NCBI GenBank assembly: GCA_022605425.2
Contig: CM061247.1
Coordinates: 1,612,001 to 1,676,000, forward strand
DNA length: 64,000 nt
Direction: 5' to 3'
DNA from: Hamiltosporidium tvaerminnensis FI-OER-3-3
Lineage: Eukaryota; Fungi; Microsporidia
Part shown: piece after piece, positions 63,999 through 64,000 of the stretch
Layout: each line of letters starts with the position of its first letter
How positions within the stretch are numbered: the stretch's first letter is position 1
Program-made: the position numbers and the translations under genes
The notes under the pieces: model-generated
The model's input: only the letters and a program-made list of their open reading frames with translations
Database searches by the model: none
Told to the model about the DNA's origin: nothing

Positions 63999-64000
63999 AA

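Overview
This is a very AT-rich, gene-sparse, apparently intron-less eukaryotic window. The divergent housekeeping proteins and a CCC triplet just upstream of nearly every real ATG point to a large-genome microsporidian; genus cannot be established from the sequence. Intact genes are eIF4G, RPB3, SPT5, a SEL1/Hrd3-like protein, cysteinyl-tRNA synthetase, a Ser/Thr kinase (cut by the window end) and two lineage-specific ORFs. Most of the rest is decayed mobile and duplicated DNA. It includes about 7 copies or fragments of an R4-like RT+REL non-LTR retrotransposon, a stand-alone integrase relic and an LRR pseudogene. An inverted segmental duplication carries a signal-peptide/HAD (SDT1-like nucleotidase) fusion gene, and its two copies have different frameshifts. 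Three features are not called by the ORF track: (1) a tRNA-headed SINE family (2 copies, each with a TSD); (2) a ~230-bp SINE that appears built from the 5' and 3' ends of an animal-type RTE LINE (2 copies, each with a TSD); (3) a six-copy ~0.7-kb repeat whose copies differ mainly at synonymous sites, suggesting the fossil of an unidentified protein family. All identities and alignments were made by eye.
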